DNA of 64,000 nt from assembly GCA_002405835.1 (NCBI GenBank), contig DHMO01000045.1, positions 34,062 through 98,061 of the forward strand, given 5' to 3'. The stretch's first letter is position 1, and each line of letters opens with the position of its first letter. The notes beneath the pieces were generated by a model. That model worked only from the letters and a program-made list of their open reading frames with translations, had not been told where the DNA came from and ran no database searches. Of the stretch, positions 27,760 through 37,776 are shown in pieces. A program made the position numbers and the translations under genes. Source of the stretch: Lentisphaeria bacterium UBA4640. GTDB lineage: Bacteria > Verrucomicrobiota > Lentisphaeria > Victivallales > UBA1829.

Positions 27760-28503
27760 ATGAGCATTGTCGACCAGCTGACGCGGCTGGGGCTGAACGG
27801 GCGGCAGGCGCGGGTCTATCTCGCGATGCTCCAGCTCGGTCCCGCCTCGGCGATTGAAATCGCAAAGTATACGAAATTCAAACATCCGACCGTTTACGAC
27901 GTTCTGGATGTTCTGGAGGAGCGTGGACTGATAACGGAGTCGCTGGTGAACGGACGGAAGGTGTTTGCGCCGGAGGACCCGTCGGCGTTTCTGCGGATTG
28001 AGGAGGAGCGGAAGAGCGCGCTGGAATCGGTTCTTCCGGATTTGCGGGATCTTTATCTCGGCGGGACGCACCGGACGCGGATTCATTTTTACGAAGGCCG
28101 CGCAGGCGTGCTGGCGGTCCGTTCCGAACTGCTGAATGTGAAATCGAAGGAATATTTTTATTTCGGTGCTGTTCAGGAGATGATGCGGCTGTCGTCACCG
28201 GAAGAGGAGCTTGCGTATACCCGGGAGCGCGTCCGGCGCGGAATCCGTTCGTGGTCGATCCGCAACCGTGAGCGCGAAGTCGCGCTGGATTACATGCAGC
28301 CGGGCGAGGCGAATCTGCGCAATGTCCGCTATTTCCCGCGTCCGATGAGCGATTCCATTTCGGGACTTTATATTTATGACGACAAGATCATGGTGAGTTC
28401 CGCGCTGAAGGAAAATTACACAGTAATCATAGAGAGCCGGGAGCTTTTTACGCTGATGAAAGCGCTTTGGCAGTGCATCTGGGAGATCTCGGAGGAGCCT
28501 TAA
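27760..28503 (+). CDS. TrmB-family transcriptional regulator
   Basis: The N-terminus, LTRLGLNGRQARVYLAMLQLGPASAIEIAKYTKFKHPTVYDVLDVLEERGLI, is the TrmB wHTH. ATG 27760 follows GGAGGA. Confidence 0.8.
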   Translation: MSIVDQLTRLGLNGRQARVYLAMLQLGPASAIEIAKYTKFKHPTVYDVLDVLEERGLITESLVNGRKVFAPEDPSAFLRIEEERKSALESVLPDLRDLYLGGTHRTRIHFYEGRAGVLAVRSELLNVKSKEYFYFGAVQEMMRLSSPEEELAYTRERVRRGIRSWSIRNREREVALDYMQPGEANLRNVRYFPRPMSDSISGLYIYDDKIMVSSALKENYTVIIESRELFTLMKALWQCIWEISEEP

Positions 28504-28604
28504 GACGGAAATTTTTCATTTTTTTTTGTTTCAGAGAGTTTTTTTTTGAAATGTGTGCTATATTATGCCTGAATATGTAGATTTGCATCTAACATGGAGT
28601 AAAA

Positions 28605-30473
28605 ATGGAAACATTCAGAACGCAGACATGCGGCGGACTCAGAAAGTCCGATGTCGGACAGAAAGCGAAACTTGCAGGCTGGATTCACAGCGTGCGCGAC
28701 CACGGCGGCGTGATCTTCATTGATTTGCGCGACCACTACGGAAAGACCCAGATCGTGGTCAATCCGAAAATGGATTTCTATCAGGAACTGGAAAAATGGC
28801 GCGTGGAAACGGTCGTCTCCTTCACGGGAACGGTTGTTGCCAGAACGCCGGAAACGGTCAATCCGAAGCTCGCAACCGGCGAGATTGAACTTGTTGCGGA
28901 AGAAATGGAAGTTCTCGGCGAAACCGATCAGATTCCGTTCCAGGTTGCGAAGGATGAGCAGGCGCCCGAAGCGCTCCGTCTCGAATACCGCTTCCTTGAT
29001 CTGCGCCGCGATGAGCTGCACAACAACATTGTGCTCCGCTCCAAAGTCATTCAGACCATCCGCGAAAAAATGTGGGAAATGGGATTCAACGAGTATCAGA
29101 CTCCGATTCTTACGAGCAGCTCCCCCGAAGGCGCGCGCGATTACCTCGTTCCGAGCCGCGTTCACCCCGGAGAGTTCTATGCTCTTCCGCAGAGCCCCCA
29201 GCAGTTCAAGCAGCTGCTCATGGTCGCCGGATTCGACAAGTATTTCCAGGTTGCGCCCTGTTTCCGTGATGAGGACGCCCGCGCCGACCGCTCCCCCGGT
29301 GAGTTCTATCAGCTCGATATCGAGATGAGCTTTGCAACTCAGGAAGATGTCTTCAAGGTCTGTGAAGATCTGCTGATGGCCGTCTTCAACAAATATTCGA
29401 CGAAGAAAGTTACGCAGGCTCCGTTCCCGCGCATTCCGTTCCGCGAGGCGATGGAGAAATACGGTTCCGACAAGCCGGACCTCCGCAACCCGCTGTTCAT
29501 GATCGACCTTTCCGAATTCTTCCGCAACGCCGGATTCAAGGCGTTCGCTTCGACCGTCGCCAACGGCGGCGTGGTCAAAGGCATGCGCGTCCCGGGCGTA
29601 GTCGGCGTTCAGCCCCGTACCTTCTACGACAAGATGGAGGCTTTCGCGAAAGAGAACGGCGCAAAGGGTCTCGGTTACATCATGTGGACCAAAGAAGGCG
29701 AGATCAAAGGACCTATCGCGAAGTTCCTCAAGCCCGAAGAGCTGGTTGAGCTTGCGAAGATCGCGGAAATCGAAAACGGCGACGCTCTGTTCTTCATGTG
29801 CGACACCCGCGCGAAAGCCAACGAACTCGGCGGCAAGGTCCGCGCGAAGTTCGCGGAACGCCTGAACCTCATCGATCCGAACGTCTTCAACTTCTGCTGG
29901 ATCGTCGACTTCCCGTTCTTCGAGAAGGACGAAGAGACCGGCGCGATCATCTTCTCGCACAACCCCTTCTCCATGCCGCAGGGCGGAATGGATGCGCTGC
30001 TCAACAAACAGCCGCTCGACATTCTCGCGTATCAGTACGACATTGTCTGCAACGGCATCGAGCTCTCCTCCGGAGCGGTTCGAAACCACATGCCGGAACT
30101 GATGTACAAGGCGTTCGAAATGACCGGCTACAGCCGCGAAGTCGTGGACAGCAAGTTCGGCGGAATGATCAAGGCGTTCAAGCTCGGCGCGCCCCCGCAC
30201 GCGGGCGTGGCTCCCGGAATCGACCGCATGGTCATGCTGCTGACCGACTCCCCGAACATCCGCGAAGTCATTGCGTTCCCGTTCAACCAGCAGGCTCAGG
30301 ATCTGATGATGAACGCTCCTTCCGAAGTCGATATGAAACAGCTTCGCGAACTGCGCATTGTTCCTCTGCCGCATGAACTCAAGTACGAAGAAACGTACAA
30401 GAAGCTCATGGCTGACGCCGCCCGCATCCGCGCCGCGGAAGAGGCTGCGCAGCTTGCGGCGAAACCGGAATAA
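28605..30473 (+). CDS. aspS: Aspartate--tRNA ligase
   Basis: 622 aa with an OB-fold N-terminus ([19 protein letters not shown]), class II motif 2 ([19 protein letters not shown]) and motif 3 ([13 protein letters not shown]). Confidence 0.95.
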   Translation: METFRTQTCGGLRKSDVGQKAKLAGWIHSVRDHGGVIFIDLRDHYGKTQIVVNPKMDFYQELEKWRVETVVSFTGTVVARTPETVNPKLATGEIELVAEEMEVLGETDQIPFQVAKDEQAPEALRLEYRFLDLRRDELHNNIVLRSKVIQTIREKMWEMGFNEYQTPILTSSSPEGARDYLVPSRVHPGEFYALPQSPQQFKQLLMVAGFDKYFQVAPCFRDEDARADRSPGEFYQLDIEMSFATQEDVFKVCEDLLMAVFNKYSTKKVTQAPFPRIPFREAMEKYGSDKPDLRNPLFMIDLSEFFRNAGFKAFASTVANGGVVKGMRVPGVVGVQPRTFYDKMEAFAKENGAKGLGYIMWTKEGEIKGPIAKFLKPEELVELAKIAEIENGDALFFMCDTRAKANELGGKVRAKFAERLNLIDPNVFNFCWIVDFPFFEKDEETGAIIFSHNPFSMPQGGMDALLNKQPLDILAYQYDIVCNGIELSSGAVRNHMPELMYKAFEMTGYSREVVDSKFGGMIKAFKLGAPPHAGVAPGIDRMVMLLTDSPNIREVIAFPFNQQAQDLMMNAPSEVDMKQLRELRIVPLPHELKYEETYKKLMADAARIRAAEEAAQLAAKPE

Positions 30474-30487
30474 ACGAAAGGTTTCCA

Positions 30488-31114
30488 ATGCCCCGGAGAC
30501 ACAGCAGAAGGCATTCTCAGAAATCGCATACGCTGATCCTGATTCTGGTATCGGCGGCGGCGCTTTTCGCTGCCTTCGGGGCTTGGAAAATCACTTCGCT
30601 TATCCGGGAATACCAGGCTTCGAGGGATGCCTACGATGACATCATCCTCGAAACCTCGGAACGCTATGCCGTTGATCCGGCACTGGTCAAGGCCGTGATC
30701 TGGCGTGAAAGCCGCTTCCGTCCCTACGCCCGCGGAAAAGCGGGCGAGGTCGGTCTGATGCAGATCATGCCCGATCAGGCCGCCGTCGACTGGGCAAAGC
30801 GCTTCCGGGTTCCAGTCCCGAGCCGGGGCGCGCTCTTTGCTCCGCGTCTCAACATCGAAATCGGCACCTGGTATCTCGGCAACGCCATCCGCCGCTGGGC
30901 GGATTACAAGGACGGACTGGCGCTCGCCCTCTGTGAGTATAATGCGGGAATCAAGCGCGCGAACGCATGGAAACCGGTCGACAAAAACGGCGACGTCCGT
31001 GAGCGCATCACAATCTCATCCACTCTATCTTATGTCAATACGATATTAAGTCAATACGAAGACTATAAACTCGCCTGGCAGAAAAAACATTCACCGAAAA
31101 AGGATGCAAAATGA
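30488..31114 (+). CDS. Lytic transglycosylase (SLT domain), membrane-anchored
   Basis: It has an N-terminal TM segment and the SLT catalytic motif WRESRFRPYARGKAGEVGLMQIMP. Confidence 0.85.
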   Translation: MPRRHSRRHSQKSHTLILILVSAAALFAAFGAWKITSLIREYQASRDAYDDIILETSERYAVDPALVKAVIWRESRFRPYARGKAGEVGLMQIMPDQAAVDWAKRFRVPVPSRGALFAPRLNIEIGTWYLGNAIRRWADYKDGLALALCEYNAGIKRANAWKPVDKNGDVRERITISSTLSYVNTILSQYEDYKLAWQKKHSPKKDAK

Positions 31115-31806
31115 AACTTTTTTCTCTTCTGGCCTTCTCCGTTTTTTCCGCGCTTCCGCTTTTTGCGGCAGACGGACTCCGGATCACGTTCTCTCCGGAA
31201 ACATATTCCAAAAAGGCGAAGCTGCCGGAGAAATGGCATCTTCAGGGAAAGCTCTTCACTTCCAAACCGGACTATGAAATCGTTTTCGACAAAGAGCTGA
31301 ACACGAATGTCCTGCGTGTCACCACCGACAAGGCTTCCGGTGCAATTCTTTATGACATTACCGGCGTTCTGCAGAAGTATCCGGTCATGCGCTGGAAATG
31401 GCGCGTCGATGCGCTCCCGAAGGGGGCGGACGGGCGCAACCCGGATGTGGATGATCAGGCAATCTCCCTCTACGTCGGCGTGGGACGCATCTCCACCAAC
31501 AGCGTCTCCTACCGCTGGGACACCGAGACGCCGAAGCAGTCGCGCGGCAATGCCGCATACGGCGCAGGCATGGTGAAAGTCGACTGGCTGACTCTCCGCA
31601 ACAAGGAGGATCAGGTTGGCGTCTGGCATACCGATCAGGTGAATGCGGCGGAGGATCTGAAGCGCATCTGCGGCGGCACCCTGCCGGATCATGATGTGGC
31701 GCTGAGCATCTGCACGAACAGCCAGTACACCAAATCGCGCGTTCAGGCGGATGTCGCATGGATCGAATTCCTTCCGCTGGAGGCTCTGAAGGAGAAACCG
31801 GAATAA
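31111..31806 (+). CDS. Secreted DUF3047-like protein
   Basis: It has a signal peptide, and MRWKWRVDALPKGADGRNPDVDDQAISLYVG resembles the DUF3047 signature as I recall it. The start overlaps the previous stop (ATGA). Confidence 0.5.
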   Translation: MKLFSLLAFSVFSALPLFAADGLRITFSPETYSKKAKLPEKWHLQGKLFTSKPDYEIVFDKELNTNVLRVTTDKASGAILYDITGVLQKYPVMRWKWRVDALPKGADGRNPDVDDQAISLYVGVGRISTNSVSYRWDTETPKQSRGNAAYGAGMVKVDWLTLRNKEDQVGVWHTDQVNAAEDLKRICGGTLPDHDVALSICTNSQYTKSRVQADVAWIEFLPLEALKEKPE

Positions 31807-31813
31807 TTTTCCG

Positions 31814-32893
31814 ATGAATCTTTACATTCATGTGCCGTTCTGTCACGGCAAGTGCGCCTACTGCGCATTTTATTCGGAACCTTCATTTTCGCTTTCGCTC
31901 TGGACCGCGTGGCTGAACCGGATGGAACGGGAGCTCGCGAAGGTTTCCGAACCGATCACAACGCTTTATCTCGGCGGAGGAACACCGACTCTTGCACCGG
32001 TGGAGGAGCTGGAAAAACTGGGGAATCTCCTGCGTAAAAATCTGACTTTCGCTCCCGGCTGTGAGCGTTCGATTGAGTGCAACCCCGAGACGGTCACGCC
32101 GGAAAAGGCTTCGTTCCTTGCGGAATATTTCAACCGCATCAGCATGGGGGCGCAGAGCTTTTCCGCCGCTTCGCTCCGGGCGATCGGGCGGACGGCGCGC
32201 GATCCGGATGTGATCCGTTCCGCTTATTCCATGCTCCGCTGTGCGGGCAACCGCAACATCGGACTCGATATCATGTATGCGCTCCCCGGACAGAGCATCG
32301 ACGATTTCGCGTGTGATCTGCAGGCGGTTTCCGAACTTGCGCCGGATCATCTTTCCGCCTATTCGCTGACACTGGAGGAGGGAACAGCGCTGGCTTCCGA
32401 AAACGGCTTGCGTGTGCCGTCCGATGAGGAATCCGCGGAGGAATGGGAACTGCTCGGTTCATTCGATCCCGTCCGCTATCCGCGCTATGAGATTTCCAAC
32501 TATGCCGCCGCTTCCCATGAATGCCGCCACAACCAGTCGGTCTGGCATGGTGAACCGTATCTGGGACTGGGTCCCGCCGCGAGTTCGTTTGACGGCACGC
32601 GCCGCTGGACGGAGGTTCCGGATCTCCGCCGCTGGCTTGCGGGGGAACCGCCGGAGTTTGACGACATCCCGCACGAAAGCCGTCTGCGCGAAATTTTTGT
32701 AATGGGGCTTCGCACCGTGCGCGGCTGGCGAAAATCCGAGTTTGCGAAGGTCGCGGGCAGCTCCATTGAATTCATGCGTCCGCAGTTTTTCCCGCTCTTC
32801 GACGCGGGGCTTCTCGAAGAGACTCCGGAGGTTATCCGCGCCACAACCCGCGGATTGCTTTTCTGGGATGATATCGGGACGGAGCTGCTCTGA
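31814..32893 (+). CDS. hemW: Radical SAM heme chaperone HemW (coproporphyrinogen III oxidase-like)
   Basis: It has YIHVPFCHGKCAYCAF (CX3CX2C) and a HemN-like C-terminal domain. The length is 359 aa. Confidence 0.9.
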   Translation: MNLYIHVPFCHGKCAYCAFYSEPSFSLSLWTAWLNRMERELAKVSEPITTLYLGGGTPTLAPVEELEKLGNLLRKNLTFAPGCERSIECNPETVTPEKASFLAEYFNRISMGAQSFSAASLRAIGRTARDPDVIRSAYSMLRCAGNRNIGLDIMYALPGQSIDDFACDLQAVSELAPDHLSAYSLTLEEGTALASENGLRVPSDEESAEEWELLGSFDPVRYPRYEISNYAAASHECRHNQSVWHGEPYLGLGPAASSFDGTRRWTEVPDLRRWLAGEPPEFDDIPHESRLREIFVMGLRTVRGWRKSEFAKVAGSSIEFMRPQFFPLFDAGLLEETPEVIRATTRGLLFWDDIGTELL

Positions 32894-32894
32894 A

Positions 32895-33827
32895 TCAGCG
32901 CTGTTTCCGCGGCTTGCGGACACTGTGTCCATCGACCCACAGATAGGGAACAAGAATCTGCTGCGGGACCTCTTTTTTCTGTGCAATGCGTTCCAGAAGC
33001 TCAATGGCATTTCGGGCAAGTCCCATGCTGTCCTGAATGGTATAGACATAAGCGGGACGGTAGTTCGGCGGCATTCCGAGCGCTTCCCACACGATGAGGG
33101 AGAGATCCTGCGGGATGCGGATTTTGAGCTTGGAAAACAGTTCCTGGGTGTTGATCCGGATCGGAACCAGGTAGATCAGCGCGGTGATTCCCTTTTTCAT
33201 AAGCCGCACCAGTGCGTTTTCCACAGCCGTATTGGTGACCTTGACGACTTCGCAGCATGGATTCAGAAAGTTTGCGCGGCAGGCGTCCCGGTAGGCTTGT
33301 GTTCGCTGGCGGTTGTTGTAATGGTCGAGTTCCTGGGCGAGAAGATACCCGATTTTGCTGTGCCCGGCTTCACGGAACCTGCGGACCGCTTCCGTGATCG
33401 CGCCGACATCGTCGGAGGCAACGGAATAGACTCCGTTCAGCGGGTCGGGTGCGTGGTTGATGGCGACAATGGGGAAACTGGAGGGCGGATTGGTCATCGG
33501 AACGAATGAAATTCCGCCCATGTAAAGGCGTTCGCTCCAGGTGTCCGGCGCATCCGGCAGAATCAGCTCCAGACGGAATTTGCGTTCCGCCGCAACCGCT
33601 TGAATCGCGCAAAGAATGGATGATTCGTATGAATGAAAACCTGTGATGAGCAGCGCAATGACTTTGGTCAGCGGAGTGTGCGGGAGGTATTCCAGACGCC
33701 GGGCAATGGCAAGCACGCGCTGTGTCACATCCCGCGAGATGCGCGGACTGTTGTTCAGCACACGGGAGACGGTGGCAGGGGAAACGCCCGCTTCCGCCGC
33801 GATTTCTTTGATTCCGGTTTTCTTCAT
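32895..33827 (-). CDS. LacI-family transcriptional regulator
   Basis: The N-terminal HTH is IKEIAAEAGVSPATVSRVLNN, followed by a periplasmic-binding-protein-like core. Confidence 0.9.
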   Translation of the reverse strand: MKKTGIKEIAAEAGVSPATVSRVLNNSPRISRDVTQRVLAIARRLEYLPHTPLTKVIALLITGFHSYESSILCAIQAVAAERKFRLELILPDAPDTWSERLYMGGISFVPMTNPPSSFPIVAINHAPDPLNGVYSVASDDVGAITEAVRRFREAGHSKIGYLLAQELDHYNNRQRTQAYRDACRANFLNPCCEVVKVTNTAVENALVRLMKKGITALIYLVPIRINTQELFSKLKIRIPQDLSLIVWEALGMPPNYRPAYVYTIQDSMGLARNAIELLERIAQKKEVPQQILVPYLWVDGHSVRKPRKQR

Positions 33828-33904
33828 GATAAAGATAATTTAGCACAGGAAACTGTTTTGTCAATTTTTTGCATAAGGTTTGCACAACTTTCTTTCAAAA
33901 AAAG

Positions 33905-33933
33905 TTGCATTTCGTTTTTCCGTCTTCTATATT
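33905..33933 (+). promoter_or_regulatory. Candidate sigma70-type promoter of the GH3 gene
   Basis: The promoter reads TTGCAT - 17 nt - TATATT and lies about 25 nt upstream of the GH3 ATG. The inverted repeat CAACTTT-N9-AAAGTTG (33885-33907) overlaps the -35 element. Confidence 0.45.
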
Positions 33934-33957
33934 ATTCCAGAAAACGGAGGTTTTGCA

Positions 33958-36201
33958 ATGTTGCCTTATCAGAATAAAGAATTGAGTCCGGAAGAACGCA
34001 CACGCGATCTTCTTTCGCGTATGACCGTCGAAGAGAAAATCGGACAGCTTGTCAAACTTGACGGCTTCCGCTCCTATGAGCGTTCCGGTTCGGGATATCG
34101 CCTGAAGCCGGAATTTACCGACACGGTGGAAAAATGGCTGATCGGTTCCATGTACGGTCTTGTCCGCGCCGACTGGTGGACGGAGCGCGACTGGAACAGC
34201 GGCGTTCCGCCGGAGAAGATGAACGAGGTTGTCAACCTTTTTCAGAAATACATTCTTGACCATTCGCGTCTCGGCATTCCTCTTTACATCGCAGAGGAGG
34301 CTCCGCACGGGCTGATGGCGCTCGGCACGAGTGTTTTCCCGACCGGGCTCGGACTTGGCGCATCGTTCGACCGTGCCATGATGAACCGCGTCGGACACGT
34401 CATCGGTTCCGAAGCGCACGCCGCCGGCGTTCACTCGGTCTATGCTCCGATTCTGGATATCGTGCGTGAACCGCGCTGGTCCCGCGCGGAGGAGAATTAT
34501 TCTGAAGATCCCTATCTGACGTCGGTTTTCGGCGAGGAGATGGTGAAGGGAATCTCCGCGGAGGGAACCGTTGCGACGCTGAAGCATTTCGTTGCGCACG
34601 GAAGTCCGGAGGGCGGGCACAACCAGGCTCCGGCGCACGTGGGGCCGATAGAATTCCGCAACTGCCAGCTGCGCCCGTTCCGCAATGCGATCCGCGCAGG
34701 CGCGCTTTCGATCATGAGCGCCTACAGCGACGTGGACGGCGAGCCCAGCAGCGGCAGCCGTCACCTGCTGACTGATGTTCTGCGCGGCGAGCTCGGTTTC
34801 AAGGGCTTTGTCGTTGCCGACCGCGGAGCAATCGTACTTCTCAAAAGACACCGTCTTGCCGATGATGACGCCGAGGCTTCCGCCCGCGCACTGAAAGCCG
34901 GATGCGATGTGGATGAAGGTTTTCTGGAATTTCATACCGCCGGGCTGACCGAAGCGCTCCGCCGCGGTCTGATTGACGAAGGCGACCTGGATGTCTGTGC
35001 GGGACGCATTCTCTATACGAAGTTCGTCACAGGTCTCTTCGAGCATCCGTTTGCGCAGAGCCGTCCGGTTGAAATTCTCCGTTCGGCTGAGCATGAAGCA
35101 GTTGCACTGGAAGCCTCGCGCAAAGCGATGACTCTGCTGAAGAACAACGGAATCCTGCCGCTGAAAAACATCCGTTCTCTCGCGGTGATCGGACCGAATG
35201 CGGATAATATGATGAATCAGCTCGGTGATTATTCCGCTCCGCAGAAACGCGAATCGGTTGTTACGGTTCTGGACGGCATCCGCGCGGAAGCGGAAAAAGC
35301 CGGGATTTCTGTTTCGTATGCACGCGGCTGCGGCATCCGCAGTATGGATAAGAGCGGATTCGATGAAGCCGTTTCGCTCGCCGCGAATGCGGATGCGGCA
35401 GTTCTGGTTCTCGGCGGCTGCAGCACGAAGTACGGAACGGAAATGATCCGCACGGAAACCGGAGCAGCCGTTCCGGAAATTCTTTCTCCGGAAAAGAGCG
35501 AAAAAGAGAGCGGCGAGGGAACCGACCGCGCTACACTCACGCTCTCCGGAGTTCAGCTGGATCTGTTCCGTGCGGTGAAAGCCGCGGGCAAGCCGGTGAT
35601 TGTTGTTCTTGTGCAGGGACGTCCGCTTGAAGTCGGCGAGCTCCGTGCGGGGGCGGATGGTGTTCTGCTTGCGTGGTATCCCGGCATGTTCGGCGGCCGC
35701 GCGGTCGCCGAGGTGCTGTTCGGCAAGTACAACCCCGCCGGACGTCTCTCCGTTTCGATTCCGCGCTGTTCCGGACAGCTTCCTGTTTATTACAACTCCC
35801 TTTCGTGGCGTCCGGATTATGTGGATTGCCCCGCTTCGCCGGAGCTCCCGTTCGGTTTCGGGTTGAGCTATACAACCTTCACTTATTCCGATTTGAAAGT
35901 CGAGGGACGCACGGCGTCTGTGACGGTTGCGAACACCGGAAGCATGGACGGGGAAGAAGTCGTGCAGTTCTATCTGACCGACCTTGCAAGCCAGGTGCGC
36001 CGTCCGCTTCTGGAACTTTGCGGGTTCGAGCGTGTGTTCATTCCGGCCGGGGAAAAACGCACAGTCTCGGTTGAACTGACCGATGAGGTCCTCGGATACT
36101 ACAACGGAAAACTTGAGTTCGTCGTTGAGCCCGGACGTTTTGAGCTGCGGGCCGGCGGAAACTCCGTGGATCTGATTCAGACGGAATTCCGGCTTTCATG
36201 A
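33958..36201 (+). CDS. Glycoside hydrolase family 3 (beta-glucosidase/beta-xylosidase-like), no signal peptide
   Basis: The N-terminus is LSPEERTRDLLSRMTVEEKIGQL. The GH3 core follows (KHFVAHG, GFKGFVVADRG nucleophile region), with a C-terminal FnIII-like domain. ATG 33958 follows ACGGAGG. Confidence 0.9.
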   Translation: MLPYQNKELSPEERTRDLLSRMTVEEKIGQLVKLDGFRSYERSGSGYRLKPEFTDTVEKWLIGSMYGLVRADWWTERDWNSGVPPEKMNEVVNLFQKYILDHSRLGIPLYIAEEAPHGLMALGTSVFPTGLGLGASFDRAMMNRVGHVIGSEAHAAGVHSVYAPILDIVREPRWSRAEENYSEDPYLTSVFGEEMVKGISAEGTVATLKHFVAHGSPEGGHNQAPAHVGPIEFRNCQLRPFRNAIRAGALSIMSAYSDVDGEPSSGSRHLLTDVLRGELGFKGFVVADRGAIVLLKRHRLADDDAEASARALKAGCDVDEGFLEFHTAGLTEALRRGLIDEGDLDVCAGRILYTKFVTGLFEHPFAQSRPVEILRSAEHEAVALEASRKAMTLLKNNGILPLKNIRSLAVIGPNADNMMNQLGDYSAPQKRESVVTVLDGIRAEAEKAGISVSYARGCGIRSMDKSGFDEAVSLAANADAAVLVLGGCSTKYGTEMIRTETGAAVPEILSPEKSEKESGEGTDRATLTLSGVQLDLFRAVKAAGKPVIVVLVQGRPLEVGELRAGADGVLLAWYPGMFGGRAVAEVLFGKYNPAGRLSVSIPRCSGQLPVYYNSLSWRPDYVDCPASPELPFGFGLSYTTFTYSDLKVEGRTASVTVANTGSMDGEEVVQFYLTDLASQVRRPLLELCGFERVFIPAGEKRTVSVELTDEVLGYYNGKLEFVVEPGRFELRAGGNSVDLIQTEFRLS

Positions 36202-36226
36202 GATTGTGAGAGCAGCGGATTCAGCA

Positions 36227-36252
36227 GGGCGGAAGAGATTCCGCCCTTTTTT
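36227..36252 (+). terminator. Rho-independent terminator after the GH3 gene
   Basis: The stem is GGGCGGAA / TTCCGCCC with a 4-nt loop, followed by TTTTTT. Confidence 0.8.
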
Positions 36253-37006
36253 ATGCCATGATCATGCCGGCGAGCAGAAGCAGCGTTTCGGCGGAATAGC
36301 CGTAGAGGTCGAACATCCGTATTGTCGGCCGTCCGGTGCTGTGCAGGATGCTGTTCTTTTGAAGATGCGCGATTCCCTTTGCCAGCAGAAGCAGTACAAC
36401 CGCCGCCGCAAAACATTTGAGGTGAAATGAAAGCAGTCCGATGAGCAGGAGCGTCGCCGCAGTCAGGATAAACGGCTGGTTCGGATTCTCTTCAGGGGCG
36501 GGGAGCAGAGGATCAAAGTCGTCCGCCGCACAGGTGACAAGTTCCATTCGCACGAGGTATGCGCAGGTGAAAATGAAGAGCAGGGTCAGCGGAGAGTGTG
36601 CCGTGATGAATCCGATTGCAGTCGCCCGGATCAGGTACAGACTGGCGAGAATGAAAAACGGGGTCATTTCCTTTTTCCATTCCAGTTTCTGCGTGAATGC
36701 CTCAGCCATGCCGGTATTCTGTACACGGAGTGTCAGATAGGCGGAAAGCGTTTTGAGTCCGCGCCAGTTTGTCGCGAGCTCCAGCGCGAGTGTCAGCGCC
36801 AGGGCCATGAGAAGCGCGGCGGCCAGTTCACCGAAGAAAAGGCGCGCGAATCCTGCGGCCAGAGCGGAGATTAATCCGACAGCTGCGCCGGCGAGCGGGA
36901 AAAGTTCCGCCCGAGGTTCCGCATCTTCCGATTGAAGTTTCAGCGAGAAAAAAACGTTCCAGGTCGCGGCGAACTGATCGCGGAGTTCCCTGTTCAGATT
37001 CATCAT
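36251..37006 (-). CDS. Polytopic membrane protein, weakly CobS-like, third gene of the aminolipid operon
   Basis: 251 aa with multiple hydrophobic helices. FPLAGAAVGLISAL and the C-terminus YGYSAETLLLLAG loosely recall CobS. The start overlaps the upstream stop (ATGA). Confidence 0.6.
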   Translation of the reverse strand: MMNLNRELRDQFAATWNVFFSLKLQSEDAEPRAELFPLAGAAVGLISALAAGFARLFFGELAAALLMALALTLALELATNWRGLKTLSAYLTLRVQNTGMAEAFTQKLEWKKEMTPFFILASLYLIRATAIGFITAHSPLTLLFIFTCAYLVRMELVTCAADDFDPLLPAPEENPNQPFILTAATLLLIGLLSFHLKCFAAAVVLLLLAKGIAHLQKNSILHSTGRPTIRMFDLYGYSAETLLLLAGMIMA

Positions 37007-37776
37007 GATGCAGCCTCGATTCCTGTATGTTTGCGGTATGCGTCGAGCATGAGTGCGCGCACCTGTTCCGCCAGCTGTTTGCGGTCGCCGCCGGTTTCCG
37101 GATGAACGAGCGGTTCCGGATAGACGTCCACATCAATTTCCCGCAGACCGAGCAGCTGCCAGACGTGCGGGAGCAGAGTCTGGTCGCCGAACCATGCGGG
37201 ATTCATTCCGCCGCAGGGAACATGGTAGACGGTGATGATCGGAAGCAGCGGTTTCCGGTCGGCGATGACCGCTTCGAACGGCGTCGATTTGAATGGAAGG
37301 AGCCCGTGAAGCCCATCGGTCGTGGTTCCTTCCGGATAGACGATCAGGGGGACTCCGAGTTCGAGTGTATGTTCAAATTCCTTGAGTGTTGCGAGGGATT
37401 TTGCGGGAGATTTTCGGTCGATCCAGACCGGCTGGGAGAGCCCGATGTAAGAGCCGAAAAAGAACCAGTCGCGGATTTCTTTCTTCGGCGCGAAGCGGAC
37501 GCCGGTCAGTGAGGCGTGCACGAGAATATCCACATAACTCTGATGATTGGAGACGAGCAGAATTCCTTTTTCCTCCGGCATGGTTCCGTGAATGCTGACG
37601 CGGATATTGAGGATGCGGAGAATTCCGCGCGCCCATTCTCCGGCGAGCTGTGCGCCTAGAGCGATTTTTTCCTCGCGCGTTTTCCCGATGAAGCGGAGTA
37701 CGGTTTTGAGCTGCATCCACGGGAACCAGATCAGCAGACGGAGAATGCGGGAGATTTTGCGGAAGAAGCTCAGCAT
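37003..37776 (-). CDS. Lysophospholipid/lyso-aminolipid acyltransferase (PlsC/OlsA-like)
   Basis: It has the NHQSYVD (HX4D) and YPEGTTT acyltransferase motifs. The start was chosen at MLSFFRK (ATG 37776); the long Arg-rich N-terminal extension overlaps the upstream gene. Confidence 0.8.
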   Translation of the reverse strand: MLSFFRKISRILRLLIWFPWMQLKTVLRFIGKTREEKIALGAQLAGEWARGILRILNIRVSIHGTMPEEKGILLVSNHQSYVDILVHASLTGVRFAPKKEIRDWFFFGSYIGLSQPVWIDRKSPAKSLATLKEFEHTLELGVPLIVYPEGTTTDGLHGLLPFKSTPFEAVIADRKPLLPIITVYHVPCGGMNPAWFGDQTLLPHVWQLLGLREIDVDVYPEPLVHPETGGDRKQLAEQVRALMLDAYRKHTGIEAAS

